Source: Heptranchias perlo (Eukaryota). Taken from it: 64,000 nucleotides of DNA. The number at the start of each line of letters is the position of its first letter. Position 1 is the stretch's first letter. Shown one piece after another: positions 42,718-55,269 of this stretch. The position numbers were made by a program, and so were the translations under genes. The notes under the pieces are model-generated. The model saw nothing but the letters and a program-made list of their open reading frames with translations, was not told where the DNA came from and did not search any database. The DNA lies in NCBI RefSeq assembly GCF_035084215.1, contig NW_027139268.1, positions 372,001 through 436,000 on the forward strand, written 5' to 3'.

Positions 42718-44019
42718 AACTGTAATGAGTTAACGGGGCCGAATTCTCCTGGAGAGGTAACGGGGGGCTCACGACACACGTCGTTATTAATGCACAAATC
42801 GGCCAGCAAGGTCAGGGGATTAAGAGACACACCGTGAGATGCAAATCTCCGGAATTTGCTGGTCGATTTACGCCGTTCCGCCATTTGCTTCTCACGACCT
42901 CAACCTCCGTTATTTTTAAGAACTTGCTGGATTTGCACATTAATCGCCCGTTAAACTCGCCTCAAAGTCAGGGCTGGAACTTAACATCGTAAATACCCTC
43001 TTAACAATGTGAGAATTGTTAATGCTAATCAATCTCTCCAGCTCAGAAAGGGGACGATTTAAACAAGTGAATCTCACCCGGCAGGTAGTAAATTCTTCTT
43101 AGAGATTTTTAAAATTTAAAATTTAACTTTTTTTTTCTTACTTTTCCTTTCTGTCTCTTTTTAATCCAATCTTTTCTTCCCTCTTTATTTCTCTTTCAGT
43201 ACCTGATTTGACGCTAATTCACTCTGTCGTTCCTCTGATTCTTTCTCAATCCTTAAATCTCAATGGTTAAGGAGATGGACTTTTGGTCTCGACGGTCACT
43301 GAGGTCCCAGATTCCCCGTTGCCCTCTCCGTGCCCGTTATCAGCTCGCACTTCCAGAAAGTTGACTGCACACGAGGTGATATCCAGTATGGGGTTATCGT
43401 TAAGTCTTTTCACACTAGGCCTCTGTAACCATCTCCCATCACCATAAGCATCAATTATATGTTGCCCACTTAAACTGTATTAAGTAGGCCGACTATTTCG
43501 GGCAGTTCAAACAGCTGTTCGCACATCTGTAAAGGGCGATCACCTGTCATTAAGTCCTTCCAGGCAGCCCCCGCTGCCATCTGTCACCCCCCCATCCCGC
43601 CCCCCTCCATGGCCGCTATAACTCCTGCGATTACTTCTCACAAATATTTACCTGCTGTGGTGGTGGAGTGGGCCGGAGATGAAACTGGCCAGGACCGCTG
43701 CGTGTTTCAGCCCGAACTCCAGAACCTCTTTAGCAGAACGCTCCCCGTGTCCCCACTCGGAGCAGTAGATACGCAGAGTAAACTCTCATCACGAGTAATG
43801 AATCTTACATTAATCGGCTACTTTAGAAACTTCACCAGGAAACCCACCCCGGCTGCAATGGCGAGAGTAGAGTAAAGGGTCACACTCACCGCATGGCAAC
43901 GGCCAATCACAAACCAAAAATTGATGCTGTCGCCAGTGTTCAAATCGAAACTTGAGTGACGTGAGTTTACAAAATATATCTCGAAAATACCAACAGGTTT
44001 CAAGAGGCCTGACCCTGAT

Positions 44020-45420
44020 CAGTGTGAGGGAGCACTGCGCTGTCAGAGGGGCAGTACTGAGGGAGTGCTGCAATGTCAGAGGGGCAGTGCTGAGGGAGTG
44101 CTGCACTGTCAGAGGGGCAGGACTGAGGGAGTGCTGCACAGTCGGAGGGCAGTACTGAGGGAGTGCTGCACAGTCGGAGGGCAGTACTGAGGGAGTGCTG
44201 CACAGTCAGAGGGGCAGTGCTGAGGGAGTGCTGCACAGTCGGAGGGCAGTACTGAGGGAGTGCTGCACAGTCGGAGGGCAGTACTGAGGGAGCGCTGCAC
44301 AGTCAGAGGGGCAGTGCTGAGGGAGTGCTGCACAGTCGGAGGGCAGTACTGAGAGAGTGCTGCACAGTCGGAGGGGCAGTACTGAGGGAGTGCTGCACAG
44401 TCGGAGGGCAGTACTGAGAGAGTGCTGCACTGTCAGAGGGGCAGTACTGAGGGAGTGCTGCACAGTCGGGTCGGAGGGGCAGTGCTGAGAGAGTGCTGCA
44501 CTGTCAGAGGGGCAGTACTGAGGGAGCACTGTGCTGTCAGAGGGGCAGTACTGAGAGAGCACTGCGCTGTCGGAGGTGCAGTACTGAGAGAGTGCTGCAC
44601 AGTCGGAGGGCAGTACTGAGGGAGTGCTGCACAGTCGGAGGGCAGTACTGAGGGAGTGCTGCACAGTCGGAGGGCAGTACTGAGGGAGCGCTGCACAGTC
44701 AGAGGGGCAGTGCTGAGGGAGCGCTGCACTGTCGGAGGGTCAGTCCTGAGGGAGCGCTGCACTGTCGGAGGGTCAGTACTGAGGGAGCGCTGCACTGTCG
44801 GAGGGTCAGCACTGAGGGAGCGCTGCACTGTCGGAGGGTCAGTACTGAGGGAGTGCTGTACTATCTGAGGGTCAGTACTGAGGGAGTGCTGTACTATCTG
44901 AGGGACAGTACTGAGGGAGTGCTGCACTGACGGGGTGCCATCTTTCGGATGAGATGTTAAACCGAGGCCCTGTCTAACCTCTCTGGCAGACGTAAAAGAT
45001 CCCATAACACTATTTCGACCACCCACTGAGCCATAGCTGACACCGTTGGGTGGCGGTAGAGTCCCCACCACTTATAATAGACGGGTTCGTGCGAGGGGGA
45101 TTCACCTGCTATTCGCGGTGGACGATGTGACCTGATGGCCGAGCCCCTGGAGGTGGTGGGAAGCATGGCGAGGGTTTGTGCTGTATCCTGTTCTCCCTGG
45201 TGTCCTGGCCAATATTTATCCCTCAACCAACATCACTGAAAAACAGATGATCTGCTCATTATCACGTTGCTGTTTGTGGGATCTTGCTGAGTGTAAATCG
45301 GCTGCCATGTTTACTACATGACAACAGTGACTACACTTCAAAAGTACTTCATTGGCTGTAAAGGTTTGGGACGACCTATGGTCGTGAAAGGCGCTATATA
45401 AATGCAAGTACTTTCTTTCA
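44020..45420 (+). mobile_element. Deu-domain SINE with an internal 31-33-bp tandem expansion (44020-44935)
   Basis: The array of CAGTACTGAGGGAGTGCTGCACTGTCGGAGGGG runs into GTGCCATCTTTCGGATGAGATGTTAAACCGAGGCCC and ends in the L2-like tail GGCGCTATATAAATGCAAG. Confidence 0.85.
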
Positions 45421-45644
45421 ATCCAATTGTCCCCTCTCGGTGGGAGCGAACCTTTGGCTTAACTGTAGAATTCTTGCCCCTGAGTCAGAAAGGGCAGGGT
45501 TTGAGCCCCAGTCCCGGCGAGTGGAGACTCACACTGAATTCTGGGTTGACATCTAGCGGAATACTTGCCTCTGGTGTGTGGGTGTGGGTTGTGGGAACTT
45601 TTGCTGTATAGGACAAACCACAGCTGGTATAAACATGGGTATGG

Positions 45645-46975
45645 CCAGGTACACCATGGGCTAGATAGAGTGAATCTCCCTCTACACTGTCCCATCAAAC
45701 ACTCCCAGGGCAGGTACAGCATGGGTTAGATACAGAGTAAAGCTCCCTCTACACTGTCCCATCAAACACTCCCAGGCCAGGTACAGCATGGGTTAGATAC
45801 AGAGTAAAGCTCCCTCTACACTGTCCCATCAAACACTCCCAGGGCAGGTACAGCACGGGTTAGATACAGAGTAAAGCTTCCTCTACACTGTCCCATCAAA
45901 CACTCCCAGGGCAGGTACAGCAGGGGTTAGATGCAGAGTAAAGCTCCCTCTGCACTGTCCCATCAAACACTCCCAGGGCAGGTACAGCACGGGTTAGATA
46001 CAGAGTAAAGCTCCCTCTACATTGTCCCATCAAACACTCCCAGGGCAGGTACAGCATGGGTTAGATACAGGGTAAAGCTCCCTCTACACTGTCCCATCAA
46101 ACACTCCCAGGGCAGGTACAGCACGGGTTAGATACAGGGTAAAGCTCCCTCTACACTGTCCCATCAAACACTCCCAGGGCAGGTACAGCAGGGGTTAGAT
46201 GCAGAGTAAAGCTCCCTCTACACTGTCCCATCAAACACTCCCAGGGCAGGTACAGCACGGGTTAGATACAGAGTAAAGCTCCCTCTACATTGTCCCATCA
46301 AACACTCCCAGGGCAGGTACAGCACGGGTTAGATACAGAGTAAAGCTCCCTCTACACTGTCCCATCAAACACTCCCAGGGCAGGTACAGCACGGGTTAGA
46401 TACAGGGTAAAGCTCCCTCTACACTGTCCCATCAAACACTCCCAGGGCAGGTACAGCATGGGTTAGATACAGAGTAAAGCTCCCTCTACACTGTCCCATC
46501 AAACACTCCCAGGGCAGGTACAGCATGGGTTAGATACAGGGTAAAGCTCCCTCTACACTGTCCCATCAAACACTCCCAGGGCAGGTACAGCATGGGTTAG
46601 ATACAGAGTAAAGCTCCCTCTACACTGTCCCATCAAACACTCCCAGGGCAGGTACAGCATGGGTTAGATACAGAGTAAAGCTCCCTCTACACTGTCCCAT
46701 CAAACACTCCCAGGGCAGGTACAGCACGGGTTAGATACAGAGTAAAGCTCCCTCTACACTGTCCCATCAAACACTCCCAGGGCAGGTACAGCACGGGTTA
46801 GATGCAGGGTAAAGCTCCCTCTGCACTGTCCCATCAAACACTCCCAGGGCAGGTACAGCAGGGGTTAGATACAGAGTAAAGCTCCCTCTACACTGTCCCA
46901 TCAAACACTCCCAGGGCAGGTACAGCATGGGTTAGATGCAGGGTAAAGCTCCCTCTGCACTGTCCCATCAAACAT
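45645..46975. repeat. 67-bp minisatellite (CTCCCTCTACACTGTCCCATCAAACACTCCCAGGGCAGGTACAGCATGGGTTAGATACAGAGTAAAG), about 20 copies
   Basis: Direct periodicity, e.g. 45721 versus 45788. Confidence 0.95.
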
Positions 46976-47139
46976 CTGAAGAAGGAGCACGGGTGATATT
47001 CTGGGTGGTCCTGGCACTTACACCAGTTAAGAGTTTGCAACTTCAGGAGAATATGGGAGGAGAATGGAAGAAAATATATCGTTCGTGGAATTAACTCCTG
47101 AAAATGGATCTTGTTGGTCAGCAGGTGAGGAACCTGCTG

Positions 47140-47382
47140 TTCTCTGCTCGTCTCTGACATTGTCTGTCTCTGCTGGACTCTGTCGCATTCTGCTGGTCTC
47201 TGCCAGTCCCTTCTGGTCTCTGATGTTCTCTGCTGGTCACTGCAGAACTCTGCTGGTCTTACTGATCTCTGCCGGTCACTGCAGGACTCTGCCGGTCTCT
47301 GCTCATCACGGCAGGACTCTGCCAGTTTCTACTGGTCTCTGATGGGTTTTGCTGGTCTCTGATGGGCTCTGCTGGTCTCTCC
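47140..47382. repeat. Degenerate 10-bp repeat (GCTGGTCTCT on +) overlapping the MHC I cytoplasmic tail and 3' UTR
   Basis: Ten-base register visible across 47160-47380. Confidence 0.8.
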
Positions 47383-47496
47383 TGTTTTGCCTCTTGCTCC
47401 AGAAGCCAATTCCGACGATGATGCCAAGAAGAGTGAGTGAGACGGCTGCTGCTCCAGTCCCAATCCCCACATTCGTGCCTCCTTCTGTCGCCCTCT
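47306..47496 (-). CDS. MHC class I heavy chain, connecting peptide + TM + cytoplasmic exon
   Basis: tag| acceptor in phase 1 with alpha3. Encodes ERATEGGTN-VGIGTGAAAVSLTLLGIIVGIGFW-SKRQNRRDQQSPSETSKTHQRPVETGRVLP*, a hydrophobic span followed by a basic stop-transfer. Not in the ORF track. Confidence 0.8.
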
Positions 47497-47829
47497 CTAT
47501 TGAATTTTAAAATGATGTTGATCAATAATTATTTCCTAATGATTTCATTAGGTGCTTCATTAAGCTGCACACTGGTACAGTACATGTCTGATAGGGTAAT
47601 GAACAATTAAAAATGGATTGAAACATGCCTAACTGGCTCCATTACAAATAATAAGCAGAATACAACTAGTTACCATTGATTATTCTCAGAAACAGGGCAG
47701 TTCCTGACTAGTTACAGAGTTTAAAGTGCAATTCCTGTACTCAGCAGATTAAATCAACACACGAACCACCTGATATCAGGGATAGAGGCTGCAGAATTAC
47801 ACACTGTAAAATAACAGTGCAATGCCAAG

Positions 47830-48597
47830 GAGGGGAATCTGTTGGCCATTTCTTTACACAGATGATGGTTGCAGATTGCAATGTTTGGCCACAGGGAGTG
47901 GTTGAGACAGAGACCATTGTATGTTTTAAGGGAAGGGTGGCTAAACATTCGAAGCTTAGGGAGATACAGGGCAGTGAGGTTAGTTTGGGATTGATACAGG
48001 GCTATGGGGAGAGAGTGGGGCAGTGGGATTAGTTTGGGATTGATACAGGGCTATGGGGAGAGAGTGGGGCAGTGGGTTTAGTTTGGGATTGATACAGGAC
48101 TATGGGGAGAGAGTGGGGCAGTGGGATTAGTTTGGGATTGATACAGGGCGATGGGGAGAGAGTGGGGCAGTGGGATTAGTTTGGGATTGATGCAGGGCTA
48201 TGGGGAGGGCAGTGGGATTAGTTTGGGATTGATACAGGGCTATGGGGAGATACAGAGCAGTGGGTTTAGTTTGGGATTGATACAGGGCTATGGGGAGAGA
48301 GTGGGACAGTGGGATTAGTTTGGGATTGATACAGGGCTATGGGGAGAGAGTGGGGCAGTGGGATTAGTTTGGGATTGATACAGGGCTATGGGGAGAGAGT
48401 GGGGCAGTGGGATTAGTTTGGGATTGATACAGGGCTATGGGGAGAGAGTGGGGCAGTGGGATTAGTTTGGGATTGATACAGGGCTATGGGGAGAGAGTGG
48501 GGCAGTGGGATTAGTTTGGGATTGATACAGGGCTATGGGGAGAGAGTGGGGCAGTGGGGTTAGTTTGGATTGTGACAGGGCTATGGGGAAAGGGCAG
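47830..48597 (+). repeat. CR1 3' fragment whose end is expanded as a 49-bp minisatellite (about 47965-48597)
   Basis: CR1-like TTCTTTACACAG..GGAGTGGTTGAG leads into the unit GGGATTAGTTTGGGATTGATACAGGGCTATGGGGAGAGAGTGGGGCAGT (period 49). Confidence 0.85.
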
Positions 48598-48774
48598 TCT
48601 CTCCAATTGAAATCCTCCCACTCAGCAGAGGCCAGGGGTTAAATCTGAGACCCTCTGGTCTGTCCGTCTTTGTTCTACATTGGGCAGGTCATTTACCAAT
48701 TGTGCTCTTGGGTAAATTGAAGGGGATTTTGCTCAGTGTAACACCGTGAAAGGTGGGCATGTGCTATTGAAAGA

Positions 48775-50047
48775 GAAAAGGAAGAGGTGTATTTATATAA
48801 CACCTTTCATGAGCTCAGGTTGTCTCAAAGCACTTTACAGCCAATTAAACTATTTTGAAGTGTCGTCACTGTTGTGATGTGGAAAACCCGGCAGCCAATT
48901 TGCGCACAGCAAGATCCCATGACCAGCAATGTGATAATGATCAGATCATTTTTTTATATTCATGTTTATTGAGGGATAAATATTTTCCAGGACACTGGGG
49001 ATAACTCTCCTGCTCATCCTCGAAATAATGTCATGGGATGTTTTACCTCCACCTGAGATGGCAGTTGGGGCCTTGACTTAACATCTCATCCGAAAGCTGG
49101 CACCTCCCACAGTGCAGCACTCCCTCAGTACTGACCCTCCGACAGTGCAGCTCTCCCTCAGTACTGACCCTCCGACAGTATCGCACTCCCTCAGTACTGC
49201 CCCTCCGACAGTGCAGCGCTCCCTCAGTCCTGACCCTCCGACAGTACCGCACTCCCTCAGTACTGACCCTCCGACAGTGCCGCACTCCCTCAGTACTGCC
49301 TCTTTGACAGTGCAGCTCTCCCTCAGTACTGACCCTCCGACAGTGCAGCTCTCCCTCAGTACTGACCCTCCGACAGTGCAGCTCTCCCTCAGTACTGCCC
49401 CTCCGACAGTGCAGCACTCCCTCAGTACTGACCCTCCGACAGTGCAGCTCTCCCTCAGTACTGACCCTCCGACAGTGCAGCGCTCCCTCAGTACTGCCCC
49501 TCCGACAGTGCAGCGCTCCCTCAGTACTGACCCTCCGACAGTGCCGCACTCCCTCAGTACTGACCCTCCCACAGTGCCGCACTCCCTCAGTACTGACCCT
49601 CCGACAGTGCAGCTCTCCCTCAGTACTGACCCTCCGACAGTGCAGCACTCCCTCAGTACTGACCCTCCGTCAGTGCAGCTCTCCCTCAGTACTGACCCTC
49701 CGACAGTGCCGCACTCCCTCAGTACTGACCCTCCGACAGTGCAGCACTCCCTCAGTACTGACCCTCCGACAGTGCAGCACTCCCTCAGTACTGACCCTCC
49801 GTCAGTGCAGCTCTCCCTCAGTACTGACCCTTTGACAGTGCCGCTCTGCCTCAGTCCTGCCCCTTTGACAGTGCAGCTCTCCCTCAGTACTGACCCTCCG
49901 ACAGTGCCGTTCTCCCTCAGTACTGACCCTCCGACAGTGCCGCACTCCCTCAGTACTGACCCTCCGACAGTGCCGTTCTCCCTCAGTACTGACCCTCCGA
50001 CAGTGCCGTTCTCCCTCAGTACTGCCCCTTTGACAGTGCAGCGCTCC
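48775..50047 (-). mobile_element. Deu-domain SINE with an internal 33-bp expansion (49100-50047)
   Basis: Reverse complement of the same SINE body and tail as 44935-45420. Confidence 0.85.
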
Positions 50048-50049
50048 CC

Positions 50050-51515
50050 CGAAGGATGCAGAGACACGGGGAAGGACCCTGCGGCACAGGGAATGACCTT
50101 GAGGCACAGGGAATGACCTCGAGTCACAGGGAATGACCTCGAGTCACAGGGGAGGATCCAGAGAAGTGGGGAAGGACGCAGAGACACAAGGAAGGACCTT
50201 GAGGCACGGCAATGACCCAGAGGCACAGGGAAGGATGCAGAGGCACAGGGAATGACCCTGAGACACAGGGAAGGACCCAGAGGCACGAGGAAGGACCCAG
50301 AGGCACAGGGAAGGATGCAGAGGTACGAGGAATGATCCAGAGGCACGAGGAAGGACCCAGAGGCACAGGGAAGGATGCAGAGGAACGGGGAATGATCCAG
50401 AGGCATGGGGAAGGACCCTGAGACACGGGGAATGATGCAGAGGCACGGGGAATGACCGAGAGGCACGGGGAAGGACCCAGAGGCACGGGGAAGGATCCAG
50501 AGGCACGGGGAAGGATCCAGAGGCACGGGGAAGGATCCAGAGGCACGGGGAAGGATCCAGAGGCACGGGGAAGGACCCAGAGGCACGGGGAAGGACCCAG
50601 AGGCACGGGGAAGGACCCAGAGGCACGGGGAATGACCCAGAGGCACAGGGAATGATCCAGAGGCACATGGAATGACCCAGAGGCACAGGGAATGACCCAG
50701 AGGCACAGGGAAGGATGCAGAGACAGGAGGAAGGATGCAGAGGAACGGGGAATGATCCAGAGGCACAGGGAATGACCCAGAGGCACAGGGAAGGACCCAG
50801 AGGCACAGGGAAGGACCCAGAGGCACAGGGAAGGACGCAGAGGCACGGGGAATGACCCAGAGGCACAGGGAAGGACGCAGAGGCACGGGGAATGACCCAC
50901 AGGCACAGGGAAGGATGCAGAGGCACGAGGAATGATCCAGAGGCACAGGGAAGGACCCAGAGGCACAGGGAAGGATGCAGAGGCACAGGGAAGGATGCAG
51001 AGGCACAGGGAAGGACCCAGAGGCACAGGGAATGATCCAGAGGCACAGGGAATGATCCAGAGGCACGGGGAAGGACCCAGAGGCACAGGGAATGACCCAG
51101 AGGCACAGGGAATGACCCAGAGGCACAGGGAAGGACCCAGAGGCACAGGGAAGGATGCAGAGGCACAGGGAATGATCCAGAGGCACGGGGAAGGACCCAG
51201 AGGCACAGGGAATGATCCAGAGGCACAGGGAATGATCCAGAGGCACGGGGAAGGACCCAGAGGCACAGGGAAAGACCCAGAGGCACAGGGAATGACCCAG
51301 AGGCACAGGGAATGACCCAGAGGCACGGGGAATGACCCAGAGGCACGGGGAATGACCCAGAGGCACGGGGAAGGACCCAGAGGCATGGGGAAGGACCCTG
51401 TGAGCCCCCAAGACACGGGGAAAAGCCCTGCGGCCCTCCCGAGAATCGGGGAAGGACCCAGAGTTCCAGGAAGTACCTCGCGGCCCCCCCGAGACACAGG
51501 GAAAGACCCTGAGGC
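50050..51515. repeat. 20-bp minisatellite AGGCACAGGGAAGGACCCAG, about 70 copies, abutting the alpha3 donor
   Basis: Direct 20-bp periodicity. Confidence 0.95.
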
Positions 51516-51535
51516 CCCCCCGATTTGCCACTCAC

Positions 51536-51808
51536 CCCAGGGTACGTTGATCCCCCGCAGGAGGCTGGCGTGCTCGATATGACAGGAGTAGCTCTTCCTG
51601 TCGTCTCCACTCAGCTCGATCGTTTTCAGTACCCGATAGGTCATATCCTGGTTGGGCAGCACGTCACTGGATTCAATGTCAACGACCTCCTCACCATTCC
51701 CCAACCAAGTCACCTCGATGGCCCAGGGGTAGAACCCCGACACAAGGCAGGAGACCCTTAGCACTCTGTCCCCGTCACTCCTCTTCCCAATAAACACCTC
51801 AGGGGCGA
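51536..51808 (-). CDS. MHC class I heavy chain, alpha3 (Ig C1-set) exon
   Basis: 273 bp, tctcag|...|gtgagt, phase 1-1. VAPEV..VSCLVSGFYPWAIEVTW..VLPNQDMTY..YSCHIEHASL carries the C1-set CxVxGFYP and YxCxxxH motifs. Confidence 0.96.
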
Positions 51809-52019
51809 CTGAGAGATTTAAACAAAGAGTACAATCGGTGACAAGTTCTCTTCTTTTGCCTTCATTTCTTCCCCGCCCACCACCATCAATTTTCTCGGCC
51901 TGAAGGCAGATGACTGATGCTGAGAGACAGCTGGAGTTCACCGGAGTTCAGCTGAGGGGTCACCTGATAGAGGTCGTTAAGATTATGAAAGGGTTTGATA
52001 GGATAGACGTAGGGAAGAT

Positions 52020-53682
52020 GGGCGCTAAATAGGGCCGTGTAGCGCCCGTTGTTTCGGCGCTAGACGGCCTCTCCGACATCCAAGATGGCGTCTTGGATGC
52101 GCACGCACATTTCCAGCGTGACGTGCGCCAGACGCCATCTTGGTATCGGAGTTAGCGCAGGCGCAGATAACGAACGCTGGAATCATGTAAAGTAGGGAGA
52201 AAATGGCTTCAGTCAGTGTGCAACGCTGATTTAAAGTGATAGACACCATTTCGGGACTTAACGCTCAACTCAACGCACAGTCTTAACCCTGACCATCTGA
52301 ACGTGTCTTACAGTTCCTGGAGGACCCCCCACCGGCTCTATTTAAAGGGACCACACAGGATTTACAGGTTAGTTACTGGATTATTGCTTCTGGCTGCCAA
52401 GACATTCATAACTGTTTTCGGAGGTCTCCTACATTTGAATACTAGGACACAGGGATATAGCCAAACATTTAGAGCCAGGATGTGCAGGTGTGAAGTTAGG
52501 AAATGCTTCTTCACACAAAGGGTGGGAGATGTTTGGAACGCTCTTCTGCAGACGGCAGTTGATGCTAGCTCACTTGTGAATGTTAAATCTGAGATTGATA
52601 GATTTCTGTGAACCAAGGGTATTAAGGGATATGGGGCTAAGGTGGGTGTATGGAGTTAGGTCACAGGTCCACCATGATCTCATTGAATGGCGGAACGGGC
52701 TCGAGGGGCTAAATGCCACTGCCACTTGCTGCCTCTTGATATACGTCACCTTCTCCTGTGTCTGGGTGATGTGCCTGTCATGGTTGAATAGCTGCCAGTG
52801 TGTGTGGCCTGTGAGTTGTGGGTGGGCGGCTTGAAACAGTGGTAATGTGTAAGGGTGAGAGGAAGCATCTGATGGGAAGAGTTGAGTACTGATGGAAAGA
52901 GTTTGTTGGTATGTGGGTGATGGGGGTGTAGTGTGTGGAGCAGTTGGTTGGAGACAACACCTGACAGTTGACCTCACTCACCTTGACCACTCATGTCAAA
53001 GCATTGAACTTCTTCCTGCACTGTATCCATGTTCATGATGCTGTGAGCCTGGCATTGACTTCGTCCCCCGCTGCCTCCCACTGCCTTTTGGGTATATGTC
53101 TGGAGGGCCTCTTGCACCCCCCCCTCCCTTCCCCCCACTGTGGATATAGGATGTCCCTCCTTCTGTCCACCTCTTGCACCAAGGTCTCTAGTGCATCAGC
53201 AGAGAACCTTGGTGCATGCACTCTCACAGGCCTGGTACCAACTCAGATCGGCAGATTGGTGAGGTCTGGTGTGCAGATTGGAGGATGTGGGATTTAGTAG
53301 TGTGCAACCTTTATTCAATGTTTTAACATAACTCATCAGTGTGTAAACATAAGGATGGGACCTGCATCGTGTTTTATGTGTGCGATGTCTGATCTCCGTT
53401 CAGACTCCGTGCAGACTGTTATTTTCAGCAAATAACAGGTACCAGCTCCCTTTAAGAGATTTCTGACAAACATCCTCCCTTTAAGAGATTGGACTCCCTC
53501 TGGTGGTGGAAAGTGTGAATTGCATTGATTCCAGGTGCAAGGCCTGGGATGGAACGCTGATCGCAGGTCGGTCCTCGGGTGGGTCGAAACTTGCATCCTG
53601 CCTGCGCCGGGACCATTGGACACGGGGTAAAGCACATCACGCTGCCCCCGCCCAAAAACGGCCACATCCAAATTTTTCCCCC
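52020..53682 (-). mobile_element. PIF/Harbinger-derived DNA element with a Myb/SANT-like pseudo-exon (about 53227-52982), nested in a CR1 3' fragment
   Basis: APRFSADALETLVQEV..WEAAGDEVNA..*TWIQCRKKFN. GGG...CCC ends and a 3-bp GAT duplication (52017-52019 / 53683-53685) that restores CR1 GAAGATGTTTCCACTTG. TIR similarity is weak. Confidence 0.7.
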
Positions 53683-53910
53683 GATGTTTCCACTTGTGGC
53701 AGAGGCCTGAACGAGGGGCCATAAATATAAGAGAGTCACTAATAAATCCAATGGGGAATTCAGGAGAAACGCAGAGAGTGGTTTGAATGTGGAGCTCGCT
53801 CTCACAAGGAGTAGTTGAGGCGAATAGCACAGATGCCTTTAAGGGGAAGCTGGATAAACACATGAGGGAGAAAGGAATAGAAGGATATGCTGATCGGGGG
53901 AGATGAAGTA
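53228..53910 (+). repeat. 683-bp direct repeat, copy 1 (donor)
   Basis: Matches 56176-56858 with about 5 substitutions seen by eye. Confidence 0.95.
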
Positions 53911-54334
53911 GGGAGGGTGCAGCAATAACACTGGCATAGACCTGTTGGGCCGAATGGCCTGTTTCTGTGTTGTAAATTCCATGTAACGGGTCACGTTCCG
54001 GTAACGCACACAAGCACCCAGTGTTCACGAGTGAGCCTTCACAGTGAGGACCAGGAAGCTATTCAACCATGGGGGTATTACAATTTAGTTGAACCCCGTC
54101 CTCACCCGATGTCAACACGCACGGGCTTTCCAGCCGGGGAGACTGAGTAGGTCATCGGATTTAGGTCACCTGCCCGATTATCTCCCCCATCCCCACCCCA
54201 CCCACCCCAAGGGGTACTGAGGCCAGGTGCAGCACCCCTCACTGCTACCCTGTCCGGGAACAGCTGGCTCAGGACAGACTGGGAATATAAACTTTGCCTG
54301 TACGGCACCTCCAGTTCCCGCTCGCTCGAGGTAC

Positions 54335-54610
54335 CTTTCCTCTGTAGTGCTTCTCGCCCAGCCCGAAGGTATATCAGCAGCCACTTCACACAGTCCTTTT
54401 CCAACAGGGTCTTGAAGTATTTGTTCATGAAGGTGTTTGCATTCCACCGGTCTGCTAAAGTCTGGAACTCTGGATTCACCGCAATCCAACTCAATCTGTC
54501 CTTGTCAAAAACATACGCGTCCTCCCCGTCATATCCAAACTTTATAAACCCCTCTGTGGAATTGTCGCTGTTCAGTTCGCAGCCACACATTCCCTGGACA
54601 AAGAAAACAC
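54335..54610 (-). CDS. MHC class I heavy chain, alpha2 exon
   Basis: 276 bp, ttccag|...|gtacct, phase 1-1. VFFVQGMCGCEL..GYDGED..FDKDRLSW..RW..LEKDCVKWLLIYLRAGREALQRK, with the C101-C164 pair. Confidence 0.96.
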
Positions 54611-54663
54611 CTGGAAAAACAACTCAAGTCAATTGAAAATGTGAAAAGGGTTCGATCGGGTAC

Positions 54664-55178
54664 ATACAACAACAACAACTTGCATTTATATAGCGCCTTT
54701 CACGGAGTAAAACATCACAAGGCACTTGACAAACAAAATTTGACACTGAGCCACATAAGGAGATATTAGGACAGGTGACCAAAAGCTTGGACAAAGAGGT
54801 AGGTTTGAAGGAGCATCTTAAAGGAGGAGAGAGAGGCGGAGAGGTTTAGGGAGGGAATTCCAGAGGGACTATTTCCTCAGGTGGGGGAATCAAGATCTTA
54901 GATTTAGAGCCAGGCCACTTAGGAGTGAAATCAGGAAGCACTTTATCACACAAAGGGGAGTGGGAATCAGGAACTCTCTCCCCCAAAAGGCTGTGGGATG
55001 CTGGGGGCCCATTGGAGCTTTCAAGACTGAGATTGTTAAATTTTTGTTAGGTAAGGGTATCGATGGATAGGAAGCAAAGGCTGGAAAATGGAGTTACGGT
55101 GCAGATTAGCCATGATATAAATGAATGGTGGAGCAGGCTCGAGGGGCTGAATGGCCTCTTCCTCTTTCGATGCTCCTA
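54664..55178. mobile_element. L2 3' tail (minus, about 54664-54866) fused to a CR1 3' fragment (plus)
   Basis: Same tail motif as 17613-17820, followed by CR1-type GGAGCAGGCTCGAGGGGCTGAATGGCCT. Confidence 0.7.
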
Positions 55179-55269
55179 AGCAGCTGTGTTACGTTGAGGT
55201 TCCATTTATGTCCTGCTGTCTTGGACTTTAACCTTAGCAATAGGTTAGATTGTCACAGAGAGTCATCGA

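Noticed and set aside
45645-46975. Ribozyme-bearing tandem repeat
   Set aside because: No hammerhead CTGA-GA/GAAA core or HDV fold evident in the 67-bp unit by eye.
49078-51941. 488-817 aa ORFs, one fusing alpha3 to a long repeat
   Set aside because: Read-through past the alpha3 GTGAGT donor into 20-bp and 33-bp arrays. Only 51808-51536 is exon.
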